64,000 nt of DNA from Lytechinus pictus. Taxonomy: Eukaryota. Numbering within the stretch: the first letter of the stretch is position 1; each line of letters starts with the position of its first letter. Where the stretch lies: NCBI RefSeq assembly GCF_037042905.1, contig NC_087247.1, positions 12,896,001-12,960,000 on the forward strand, given 5' to 3'. A program made the position numbers and the translations under genes. Positions 26,215 through 39,100 of this stretch are shown here, in pieces. The notes under the pieces were generated by a model that was not told the DNA's origin, made no database searches, and saw only the letters and a program-made list of their open reading frames with translations.

Positions 26215-27885
26215 AATACCGTGTAAGATTATAAACTGGGTGGAGCTGGATTTATATATGAAAATTACTATGACATTCCAATGTCATTTTATCTAAAAAT
26301 AAAAATATTTCAGGAACAATAAAATGCTCCAAGAGGTATACTTAAAACATATAAGGACAATCATGTATCTCGAATTTCTATTTCAATCGAAAATAAAATG
26401 ATGAAGCTCTTCGGTGATAGGCTTATACAGACAGTACGGGTGTATGTGTGGTTAAGTCCCCTTTTCACACCTTCCAAGCATATCATTTTCATCCTTTTGC
26501 CCAACTTTTTTTATTGACCTACACATTATCCCCCATTCCTAAGCCCCATATGTCAGGCGTTAGTGCTCGAAGTCCGGGGGGGGGGGCACTTCCATTGACG
26601 AGTGGATACCATGCGTGACCACAAAAAAAACACATAAAAGGGATATCTTTTTCAAGATAGGGCACGTTACGTACGTAACGTAATAAGGGTATCAAAAACA
26701 CTAAAATAATGAAAAAGGGTATATATTTCGTTAGGAAAACTATGTGTTTATGGTCCAATTTGCGGACCGTAAAAAAGATGTAATTATTGCCCCAACACTA
26801 CGTGTTTAGGGTCCGATTTGAGCGAGGTGTGTGGGGTGGTACTAAACCCAATGAAAGTAAAGGTAAAGCCGACGTCCGTGATCACGTACTTGTTTAGGGG
26901 GTCAATTTTTAGGGAATACGTGTTAAGTGTACCGTTTTGTCTCAAATACTTATTAAGGGTAGAGTTTCACACTCCAATATACTTGTTTAGGGTGCTTTTC
27001 GAAACCCCATGGTCACGCATGGTATCCACTCGTCAATGGAAGTGCGCCCCCCCCCCCCCCCCCCGAGCTCTAAAACCCCCAGTCCTGTTAATTCTAGTTC
27101 CCAAGCACCCAATCAAAGAGGGCCATCATAAGCCCCTCATTTCATAGCAACTTCAGTTCTGGCTATGGTTTCAGATTTGGGGGCGCCGCACACCCCTACG
27201 CTCCAAAAATCTGAGACCCCTACGCTTCCCAGGTGATAACGCGTTGAGTTATGTTACGGGGGGGACATGAAGGAAGTCATGTATTAATACCGTGTAAGAT
27301 TATAATCTGGGTGGAGTTGGATTAAATATTAACATTCTACTATGACATTCCAATGTCATTTAATCTAAAAATAAAAATATATCAGGAACAATGAAATGCA
27401 CCAAGAGGTACTTAACTCATTTAAAACCCAACAAGAGTTGCGATTGAAGGACAATGATGTACCTCAATTTACCTCATAATGAGAGAGGAAGTTCTTCGGT
27501 GATATGCATGTACCCTTAATTGGGGGGGGGGGCATATAAGCATATAATTTTCACCCTTTTCCAGGGAGATGGTAGGTAATTAAACTCCCTGCTTTTTCAT
27601 TGATCTATATATTCTCCCCTGTTTCTAAGCCGCTCCTGTCAGGCGCCAGTTCTCGAATGTTAAATTCCAGTTCTCGAATGTTAAATTCCAGTTCTCAAGC
27701 ACCCCCATTTGTAGAGGGTCATCTATAGTTCTTAAGCCCCTCATTTCATATCAACTTCAGTTCCTAAGGGTACGGTGTCAGATTTTGGGGCATCGCACAC
27801 TCCTACCCTATCCAAATTCGAGTGCCACCCCCCCCCCCTTCACGGGTGATAACGCGTTATGTTTATGTTATTAGGTGGAAAACAT
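26215..27885. repeat. ~600-bp tandem duplication; the first copy is interrupted by a MITE
   Basis: taataccgtgtaagattata...gggtggag occurs at 26215 and 27285; the copy-1 tail (27064-27265) matches 27690-27885. Confidence 0.75.
26574..27063. mobile_element. MITE family, copy 2 (same family as 13606-14249)
   Basis: ggggcacttccattgacgagtggataccatgcgtgacc ... ggtcacgcatggtatccactcgtcaatggaagtgcgcccc. Confidence 0.85.
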
Positions 27886-29374
27886 GAACGAACGGCAGGT
27901 ATACATTATTGACCATAAAGCGTAAGAACGGAAATAATTATAACTAGCATGATTAGCATACATCGCGATGACAGACAGCTCACCGCGTAATTTTTTACCA
28001 TACCTTCGCCAAGTTTAAGGGGGCTGTCTCAAGAAAGAAAAAAAAATGACCTGAACTATTTTCATGAATCCCTCGAGTTGGCATGGTTTTGTGGCTTTCC
28101 TGCCAAATTACAAAATTACGACTGATTTGGAAAGATCCTGTTCATCCAAGTAAAGTGTACTCTGCCATTCATTGAAAATGTTGGTCATTTTCTTTTTAAT
28201 GTGATTAACTTACGAACAATCGAGAATCTCATATCGGTGAGGGTGGTTCAGGTTGATAAGGAAGGATGAAAATCATACAGACAGAAGGTGTCTCATTTTG
28301 ATCGTGATAACGATTCCATCACACATTAAAATTGATTAGATACACATGAAAGAGTGAATTACATTTATTTTCTTTAAGATAAGCATGATCGAAAAAAGAT
28401 ATTCCTCCATGAAGATTTATAACAAATCATTCTTCACAATAAATTTGAATAAACTCATAATACATACCAGATTTCAACATTGAGGTTATTTATTTACAGC
28501 AATATCTTTGTGTGTATTTTGTAATTATCGTTATACTGGACATGAATATTCTACAGAATCTAAAAAACACGCAGGTAAGAACTTTTCATAAATATATTTT
28601 TGTACGATTTCAGCAGCAAATCGACGTTTAAGAAGCTTGATGTTGTACAGAACACAAATTAGAACCCCATAATATGCATTTTTTTAACTACCCCAAGCAT
28701 TATAGGGGCATTAATTTAGCTTTCCAAAATTAAAATCAAAGATTGTCAAAATACTAAATTCGAAATAGGATCTCCGATCTCGAAATTCTCAGCTACTTTA
28801 TATGGTGGTAAATGATGAAATGATGGTTCGTATAATCATAGTTGTTCTGACCTATGTTTTAAAACAAAATTGTGATTGCTGTTCCAGCTTTCAAGTACTA
28901 GTATCTGATATAGTGTTATCATATACACAGACAATTATGACAATCAAAATTTAGAACACAATTGATTTTTACGTTAGCGTATTAAAATCTATCAGGAAAT
29001 ATTATAAGAAAGAGTCCATCGTGAAAATTGATTTGGTTGATGTCGCTAGCGGCATGAAAGACTTGCTATTTATCATCGGCGTGGGGCTTAGGGGCAATGC
29101 TACCCCCCCCCCCCGCGCCATTGATCCCAAAAAGATTTCCATGACCAAGATAAAAGAAAAATAAGGAATTAAAAAAAAAAAATATTATAAAAGTTTTTAA
29201 TATCTTGTCAACACGATTAAAGGTCAAGTTTGATTATGATTTTTTTATGTACAAATTTTCGCTTTCTCCCGACTTTCATCAATTTTCTCCAAACACGTCA
29301 TTTTGTACCCCTTACAATTAGCCCAATTGTAATTGATTTCTTGTAATTTTTTTTTTTTTATTTAGAATCTTATA

Positions 29375-30410
29375 ATGATCCATGGATGTTCGAAGATCGC
29401 ATTGCTTTTCCTTTGCTTTTTCTTTTCATCGGCCGAGGACAGAAGACATCATCCTATTTTGGATGGTAAGAAATCGCAAGTGGTTTCATACAACAAGCTT
29501 AAAAAGTTAAAAAGGTTGAAAAGAAAATATTGTAATGATTATGTTTCTAGTTTAGAGATGGGTAATTAATCATTGAGGGGTAGCCTTGTGAAGAAAGAAG
29601 GTGAAAGAAAAGGAGTAGAAGAAGAAGAAAAAAAGAAAAAAAAGAACAAGAAAAAGAAGAAGAAGAAGAAAAAGAAGAAGGAGGGGAGGATAACTGAATA
29701 GATTACATAATGAGTGAACATGATGATCCACTTTACTATGAGTTTATTTCATGAATTGATCGTCATAAATCATTAAGTTACACATGATCTAAGTAAGGGT
29801 GTAACATTGAGAGAGATCGTGTTAAATCCAATTCTTCGTAAATATCTTTACCCCAACAGAAACTTCAATTGAGCGACAACGTGGAGTCATTTCCTCATCA
29901 ACAAGTACATCTGGGGAGAAAATATCTCACTCCACAGAGATTGTGGTCAGGACTTGTATTACACGTTCTACCGTAACAACTGCTACAACAAAAGCAACAA
30001 CTGCATCAACACCCGGGACAACTGCAACTCCAATAGCAACTTCGAACGGAGAAGCAACAACGCCTTTAACTGTCATGTCAACAATCCAGAGGATAGCAAC
30101 TGCAGCTTTAGCAACATCCAGAGTAAAAAGCACTTCAGTTGCAACTGTTGCAACACCGCTCCCCACGACCAGGATATCGACCGCACCCACCACCACCACC
30201 CAAGCAACTCAGACGCAGCAGACAACAACACGACCGACAACTCCAACCATGGGCATCGTAACGACAACGGCGATTTCACCTACACAGACGCGATCTCAAA
30301 CAGCACAGGTAGCGACAACAACCACCACCACCACCGCAGCAACAACCACGCTAGTAACTACCACAAGAACAAGAGCAGGGACGACCATCCGACGGGGTGA
30401 TTTGGGATAA
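29375..30410 (+). CDS. Gene C: 213-aa secreted Thr-rich mucin-like protein
   Basis: Exon 29366-29465 (ATG at 29375; MIHGCSKIALLFLCFFFSSAEDRRHHPILD, G|gtaag) joined to exon 29860-30410 (cag|AAACTT..., ETSIERQRGVISSSTSTSGEK...TTATTKATTAST...RRGDLG*); 642 nt in frame. Upstream donor CAG|gtaaga at 28574. Confidence 0.75.
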
Positions 30411-31598
30411 AACAATTTGCTCTAAATCTTTGCGATCAGTCATCAACCTCGATCACTAGCGATTAAAGAAAGCAAACATTACTTTCTCTCTTTACAATGT
30501 ATAGGCTTTCTACAAAATCAACACTTGATTGTCTCTGATACCTTTACGAAATGATGTTTGCTCTACATGCCTTTTGACATTTACGTTCTTTGACCCTAAA
30601 ATTACACTTATGGGGTGTTGCCAGAAACTTAGGATCAATTGCAAGTCTATATTTGGTTCCTAAATCGATATGTCTTGCAATTAATTGTAAATTAGTGATT
30701 GATTGCAAATTGGCTCCATGAAACAAGGAGTTTAATCTGATTTGCTATAACTAACGTTGATCTATCAGTTGTAAAATTGCAACAGAATATTTGCAATTGA
30801 TCGCAAATATTTTCTTGCAACACCCCCTAAAACTGGTAGTTGGTTTAGCCATGCTATAGGGTCCATGCATGGTTAGGCTTAGATGCTTTATCGCCCAAAA
30901 CACCAACGCGTTGGTGTTTTGGGCAACGGCCGTACGAAGCGACGGGAGTTAATGTATAATCCTCTAACTTTAAAAATCTGCTTTTTGTTTTAAGTTTTCA
31001 GAATGTAAAGAATGTAAAGAAAACAATGAAAATGCCTAGCTCTGTAGCTTCGAATTTCATTCTGCAAACATGAAATTTTAGAACATTTTACGAAATGCAC
31101 GGACCGGTGACGACCCGGGGTCGATTCGCTTGTCAGCAGTAAGTAGATGCATGAGTTCAAAGCCAGCTGGTTTCAATATTTTTTTTCTTTGCCTTACTTA
31201 CTTCAGATCGATTATGCGATCTAATAGGGGATCTAATTTACTTGGCGAAAGCCATAAATACATGGATTATTAAGCAAGCCCTGAAAATGTAAATTAACGC
31301 ATTCTTTTCCCATCCTGGAACAAAATAAATATAAGTGTACGGTCATGAACAAGCCTGAATTTCGATGTATACTGTTTGCTTTTTTTTATAAATCAAGATT
31401 TTGCCCGGCGATCAATTCAGCCAAAACTTTCTTGACACGTTCTGCCATTTGGTAAAACTTTTTAACGTAGAGCATCGAATTCCAAATATAAAAGTGGGGT
31501 GACCTTTGAATTGGGCATACCTATTGTCTGTTTCCAGGATATCGGGAGTCGACCTTGATAAACACCGGGGCTTGATATTGATCATGGTGTGCAAAAGA

Positions 31599-31712
31599 CC
31601 CGGGGGGGCCACTTACATTGACGAGTGGATACCATGCGCGACCAAGAAAACACGTAAAAAGGATGTCTTTTTTCAAGATAGGGCACGTTACGTACGTAAC
31701 GTGATAAGGGTG
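31599..31712. mobile_element. Truncated MITE family, copy 3
   Basis: Matches the left end of 13606-14249. Confidence 0.75.
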
Positions 31713-32289
31713 CCAAATGAGATTCAACGAATTATTTTTACTTCCCCTTATTTTGTCAAGTTTGACGGTATTAGGTGTGCACACGAGTATCGTCTGCCAA
31801 ATGTGACACGGGAGGATGAGGATATATCTTGTTTACAAATAAAAGTGTACTAAGGTCAAGGTCGCCGTGAACACGGACCACAGCCATGTGATGAGCAAAT
31901 TACATTTTGAAATATGAAAGAGCATTGAAAAGGGATTTCCTCTGTTTACACCGTAAGTGTTTTTTTTCTTCAGGTTATGATGTACCGCGCTAGTTGTTAC
32001 CATGGTTACGGTAGCGAGTTACTCCGAACTACATTATTTTTTAAAGGATGTTTTTATTGTATTCTCTCAAATCAAAATACATATTCACATTCCATAAACA
32101 AGTTGTACAAATTATTTGAAACATGATTATAAATTATACAATAAATCCATATCCCATATAATTATACAAATTATACATCAAACTTCAAAGATACTGGAAA
32201 TTAATACTGATGCGTTTCAACAATTACAAAATGAAATATTACTATCATTATTATTTTCATTTTTTGAACAAGTTCACATCTAGTTACCT

Positions 32290-32398
32290 AGTTAATGCTT
32301 ATAGCATTTCCATTTATTTGAAAGCAGGGTAAAAGAGCATTGTAGATTAAATGCCCCGCTCACGGGCATAGCTGCCGCGGCCGGGGATCGAACCCCTG
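32290..32398 (-). mobile_element. SINE fragment
   Basis: B box gggttcgatcccc followed by a gcccgtgagcggggcatttaatc SINE-body motif. Confidence 0.5.
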
Positions 32399-32891
32399 AT
32401 TATTAATCATGTTAATCGATTGACTCCGGCGTTTTGTTGCACAACTGGAACCAAACAACCCTTTTGCAGGAGGCAACGGGTTAAAAGAGATTTGTCTCTG
32501 CATTGCTAGCCATGTATCCGTTGTTATGTCTAAATATCTAAAAGCATATCAGTTATCCTCGTTACCCGAACTGCCAATTTCAGATGCAGTACTTGGCCTC
32601 ATTTTTCCACCATTATATTGCATTTCAGCTACCATTGCTACACGAGCACATGAACATTGAATTGCCATTCGAAGTATCGGAAAGGAAGATGTTTAAAAAG
32701 TAGGTACAAAAATGCCAAACTGAGCATTATATACATGGGAGATTGTATGAGGTATATGAGAAATCTTATCATTCGATGTAAAATATGTAGATCTTGTGTC
32801 TAACTTTTTCCATTTTCAATAATAGATTATTTTTATTTGAAAACATTGAAGCCTTTCGTGTCTAAGTTGTCAATTTTAAATTAGTAGTGAT

Positions 32892-33900
32892 NNNNNNNNN
32901 NNNNNNNNNNNNNNNNNNNNNNNNNNNNNNNNNNNNNNNNNNNNNNNNNNNNNNNNNNNNNNNNNNNNNNNNNNNNNNNNNNNNNNNNNNNNNNNNNNNN
33001 NNNNNNNNNNNNNNNNNNNNNNNNNNNNNNNNNNNNNNNNNNNNNNNNNNNNNNNNNNNNATGATAATGACGACGATGATGATAATGATGGTGAGACATG
33101 ATTATGACGTTGTTGTTAATGATTATGATGGTGATAGTGATGATGATGAAAACGATGATGATGATGATGATGATGAAGAAGATGACGACGACGATGATGG
33201 TGATGATGATGAATGATGTTGATGATGATGATGATTATGATGCTGATGATGACGACGACGATAATTTTTATTTTTCTATCTATCTATCTATCTAGTTACC
33301 TATCTGTTTATCTATCTATTCATCTATCAATCTACCTACATGTTTGTCTGACTGTCTGTCTGTCTGTCTATCTATCTTTCTGTCGACTCATTACATCTAT
33401 TAATCTATCTATCTACCTATTATCTATCTATCTATCTACATACCTATCTATCTTCTTATCTATATCTATCTAATTATCTATCTATCCATCCATCCATCCA
33501 TCCATCCATCCATCCATCCATCCATCTATCTATCTATCTATCTATATGTTTGTCTGTCTGACTGTCTGTCTGTGACAGTCTTGTCTATCTATCTTTCTGT
33601 CGACTCATTACATCTATTAATCTATCTATCTACCTATTATCTATCTATCTATCTACATACCTATCTATCTTCTTANNNNNNNNNNNNNNNNNNNNNNNNN
33701 NNNNNNNNNNNNNNNNNNNNNNNNNNNNNNNNNNNNNNNNNNNNNNNNNNNNNNNNNNNNNNNNNNNNNNNNNNNNNNNNNNNNNNNNNNNNNNNNNNNN
33801 NNNNNNNNNNNNNNNNNNNNNNNNNNNNNNNNNNNNNNNNNNNNNNNNNNNNNNNNNNCTGTCTGTGACAGTCTTGTCTATCTATCTTTCTGTCGACTCA
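32892..33900. repeat. (GAT)n and (TCTA/TCCA)n microsatellites flanked by two assembly gaps
   Basis: N runs at 32892-33060 and 33676-33858; GAT/GAC tract 33061-33260; TCTA/TCCA tract 33277-33675. Confidence 0.95.
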
Positions 33901-36168
33901 TTACATGTATTTCTATCCACACTTTGAATACATAAGGGGTGGAATCAGTGGAAAACAACCAAGGAATACATTATATTTTTTAAGGTTTATTTGTCGAGAA
34001 TTGAAAAACTATTTCATATCTTTTCTAAAGAAAATGATATTTTGATTTTATCCAAATTACTCATACAAATGATTATGCATATAGAAAACTCTATCGATTC
34101 CTATAATATAAAAGAAAATTGCTGTGATGGTGTACTTAATTGGAGACAGCTGCAACATATAGCGTTCTGTATGGGTTAAATTAGCAAATCTTAAATTATC
34201 ATAGCAGATTTAGCTCCTTTCCGAATGAAAACTCAATTTCTTTCATTATTATGAAAATATAATGTGATAATATCAGTGTATATTATACACTTTTAAATAA
34301 AGGTGGACAAAGAGAATAGGTAATCCTCGTTAACAAATCAAACTTCAGGGACAATCCAAAAGGAGCAATTCTGTCCCGTTTCAAGGTATATATCAAGGCA
34401 AAATTTGAAGAAAAATGTAAATTTGATAAAAATGGATTAAGCTTCGGCCGTTTGGAATGAATCCCTTCACATTCTCACCCACTGGCGTACAGATGTGGGG
34501 GCTTGGGGGCTCTTCCCCTCCCTGCCCCCCCCCCCCCCCAAAAAAAATCATGACCAAGAAATTAAAGGAGAAAGGAAAGAAATGGAAAGGGAAAGGGATT
34601 GTGATATTATTTTCTGAATATTATGTCAAAATCTATCACAAACTTAGAGTTTTGTATATAATAAAAATGCGATACGCCGTATCGAGCCCCCTCAAAATTT
34701 CTGGCTCATTATGACACTGTTCTCACCTGTATGTCTCCTTGTCAAAGGGACTGGATTCTTTTGGCAAAATTTCAATACTTCGTTTCACCGGTTAATGTAA
34801 TAATAGTTATACAATCGACTCTGCAGGTACATTACATTTACCGGAATACTTTATTTAGTAATATGATTAAATATTGCTATTATATCGTTACAAACGAAAT
34901 AGAATTCGCTTCTTCAAAGTAAATCCTACGATTATTGAAGTAGCAACGTTGTCAGGTGTTTTGGTAACAGGTTACATTGTTTTAATGCCTAAGCTTTAAT
35001 TTATTTGATCAGTTGATACATTATTCTGAATTTCTGGTAATTAACTATCAATTTGCAAAGTTCATTACAACATTATATTGGATTGAACAAGTTTTATAAA
35101 TTAAAGTGCGGACAGGTAGAATTCGGACTTCATGGTGCCTTATTATATGTTAAATTCAAAGATCGTATTAGCCGTGTATACAAGTGACTTATTAGATTAG
35201 ATTAATGACCAACTATCATAAGTAATTCTTTCACAAATAAGTGAAATATAAAACAACATTGAATTGAATTCTCTTTATCACCTATGGTTTAGACAGGTAG
35301 ATTCAGAAACTTGACATATCATCAAAAGTAATCAAATTAATGTGTTTGATTCATTACAAATAATATCATACTTCGCATTTTCTATCATCCTGATATGATA
35401 TAAATATGAGTTTTAGAGTAGTTGAATTCATTCGATAAGATATTTTGCCGAATTTTTTGTTCTTTACTGCAGTTATTGTTTGTGAATTTTCAGCTCTGTG
35501 AAAGTACATCAACAAGGTTAGTGCTATACGAATAAACCTTTTCTTCTCCCTTCCCTTAAAAAGATGCTATAGACTTTACCATGTTTACGTTTGCTATTCC
35601 TATGTTTTAGTATCTGCATCATTCCCTCTTTTTAATTTGTTTTTACATTTGTCTACTTTTATTTTTAAAATATGATTTACACACAAAACTGGTAGGATAA
35701 AATTTGTGTAAATGCAAAAACTATATTTTCAAACTATCATCAGTATAGCTTCATAAGCCAAGCGATTGAAGGGGCCCAAGCACGGCGCATGCGGACAAAA
35801 TTTCGACCGAGCGAACGAATGCTTTGGTCTTTTTTAAAATGAAACTCTAAATTAGTGATAGATTTCAACATGATCTTAAAATGATATCATATTTCACCCT
35901 TTCCTCTGCTTCCCCTCCGTTTTCTTTTTCTTCCTTGGACCTGGAATTTTTGGGGAGGGGCAGTGCACCAAAGCCCCCGCCCCCTCTTCCTTCTGTATGT
36001 CAGGGATTAGCTATAGGCCAAAGCTTTCAGCAATTTGACGCCAAAGTCCCATGGTATAAGGTTTGATTAGCTGTCTGCTACCCCATCTTTGAATGTATAT
36101 TTTGCATTTACAATGGTTATATCCGACATTTATCATATTTTTTTTCAACCGATTGTTTTTTCTTTCAG

Positions 36169-39100
36169 ATGAAGGTCGCTATCGTTGCCACTATCCTCAT
36201 CAGCATCTCCATCGCACTTCATTCATCAGGTGAGATCATTTTGAAAAGTCGCCCCAAATATAGGGGTCGTTTCACGAAGCATTTGTCACTGCCGTTATCA
36301 GCTACTGAAACCCTACGATCTGATTAGCTAATAACAATTTGTTATTGACGAAGTGCTTCATGAAAGGCTCGACTTTTTGCAAAGGCTATGATTTCGACGT
36401 AGGTCAACGGCTAGTACGGGTGGAATACTTAGCTTTGATTAGCTGATTGAATGTCTGACTTTGTGAACTTTCACAAGTTCGCCGATTGACAAGTTGCCAT
36501 TGGTTAAAAGAAACTAATGATAATGATAGAGGCACATGGAATCCATATGAACAAAACATAATATGTATCATATATAATTTGAAGAAAAGAGCAATGTTTT
36601 CTATGTAGCAATGTTTTCCCGGCGCGGTGTTTTGCCAGGAGCCCCGCATTTAGCCTTGTGCACCTTCGTGGATTTAGGGGCAAACTGGGCTCTAACCCCC
36701 CCCCCCCCCACCCCCTTCATCCCTTCCTATTTAGCCCCCGAGATGGGGGTAGACTGGCATTAGGTTAGGAAATTTGTTTGCATCCTTCGATGTTTGCTTT
36801 GGAAAGTTCCCGTTATCTAACATGGACAAAACTGGACTGTCCTCAGGGTTATGTATAAAAATAATATGCGGTACACTCCCCCCCCCCCTTATAGTGCCAC
36901 TTTTGGAAACGACATAGTGCCATTTATTTCCTCTACACAGACAAGAAGCAAATATTGATTGTGTCAACGAAAAAAAAAATTAATAATAATGTTTCAGTGC
37001 GATCTTATAGTGCCACTTTTTGGAAACGACATAGTGCCATTTATTTCCTCTACACAGACAAGAAGCAAATATTGATTGTGTCAACGAAAAAAAAATAATA
37101 ATGTTTCAGTGCGATCTTTGAGGTAAGACGTAAGTAATTATTATCACTATCTTGTGATTTATACCTTCCAGCCAACCCCATTGATTTGGGATGCAGTATC
37201 GCGAGGAACGTCGTCGAGTGCTATCTCTCGCAGCTCTGCCCTCACTTCAAGCCTGAGGACATCCTCGACTGCGACAAGGAGCTGATGACGAGCACGATGC
37301 CGGTGGTCAACGACTACATGGTATCCCATTATCTTAGGGAAGCGCACAAAGATAAATTCTGTGACGGTGACGGTCAGCGGTTCGGATCAGCCTGCGCCGT
37401 GCTCGATCACGTTTGCTTAGGGAGGGATACATTTGACATCGATTATTGCGGAGGTGAGTCACTAATGTAGTGATTATTAATGGATAGATGGAATGATTAA
37501 CTGACTGATTGACTGACTGAATGATTGGTTGATAGATGGATGGTTCATGATTTTTGCCTCGTCATAAAAACATAACAATGGACTTCATAAAACCAATGGG
37601 CTTGAAGAGGATAACCCACAAAAGCTCATAAGCCAATCTCTAGTGGGAACAATATGGTCGGCATGGGCAGGAGTTATTACAGGGGCCATGGGCGACATTC
37701 ATGCTATTTTCTTTCAAGTGATTAAAAAAGAGAAAACGCAGAGAAAAATAAAAGATAGGGGAAGAAGAGTTTTCCATGAGGAAATAAGAGGGGAATGGTG
37801 ATAGAGAGGAATGCACCTGAATGAAAACCATTCTCTCTTTTTTTTCCGTTGATGATCAGATGATGCCAATTAATTTGCCTGTCCCGTGAAAGTGCCACTG
37901 CTATATTGCACCTGGGATTTAGTGCCGGTGTCCCATGCGCTTCATTAAAATGACTTCTTTTTTTTAAATCTAAGATTGTCAAGATTGCTATTTTCAGAGA
38001 ATTTATTGCGCTCCAACACGCATGCATGTAATTATGTTAAAAAAAAATCTTCTTCAAAAGAAATAGAAAATAGATTATTTATTTATTCTTTTTAAAAAAT
38101 AAAGAAAGAAAATGAACCGATGATTACATTTTGTTTGTTGCTCTCTGATCGAGCAGGCTTATTAGGATTTATGAATGTACATACCAAGTATAAACTAATA
38201 TCCCAACTGCTTTTAATGGATATAATTGTGTTTATCATTCAAATTAGTCGTAGACATTCTGCGGAAATCCTCTTTAAAAAGTTTTAAAAGGGCGAGTTTT
38301 TTTTCTTGGTATGATCGTGATGGTCGTCCTATTTCAGAAGATGTATTCTTTCCTGATTTCATTTTTGTGCTTTCCCCTAGCTGGTGCAATACCGGGGAGC
38401 GTTTCATGGAACGCCTTGTCCGAATGTTACTGTAGAAACTGCACTTCCCAGCCAATCAGAATCAAGTAAAGTTGTCAGATCTTACAACTTGTCAGATTAC
38501 AAATTTAGATGAAAGGGTCCCCCGGACCCTGCAAGAGCAATGAGTCTAGAAACATCATCACTTTATTATGATGATTATTATATCTTATCAGTCTGATATT
38601 TTGTCCCCCCCCCCCTCACTTCTTTATTCTTTTTGGAGTCCAACAATTGGACCTCTGATGTAAGTCGTCAAACATTTAAGGATTAATTGCAGTTTGGATT
38701 TTTTTTTTAGATTGTCAGAGTAAATGCAAGTTATGCTTGCACCACAATTACTTTATCTTTATTTTGTTTTTGTTTTTTATTAGAAACAAATCAACGATTT
38801 CGCCGCAGCGGCTCCTTCTCTGGTAGTCATTCTGGCTCACACTCGGGTCTCGTACATGTAATATATAAACAACCTGCAACCAAACCACCAACAGCCAAGC
38901 CCGAGGTAACAGAGAAGGCAACAACAGAAACTGATTGTGACACATCTGATGAAGATGCAACCACCGCAGCTACAACATCAGCTGCCACTACAACCCCAAC
39001 ACCCACAACACCAACGACACCTACCACTCCGACAACACCCACAACACCAACTACACCTACAACACCAACGACACCTACCACTCCGACAACACCAACTACA

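Noticed and set aside
33061-33295. Poly-Asp acidic biomineral protein ORF
   Set aside because: A (GAT)n microsatellite beside an assembly gap, with in-frame stops nearby and no splice sites or signal exon; the gap prevents full exclusion.
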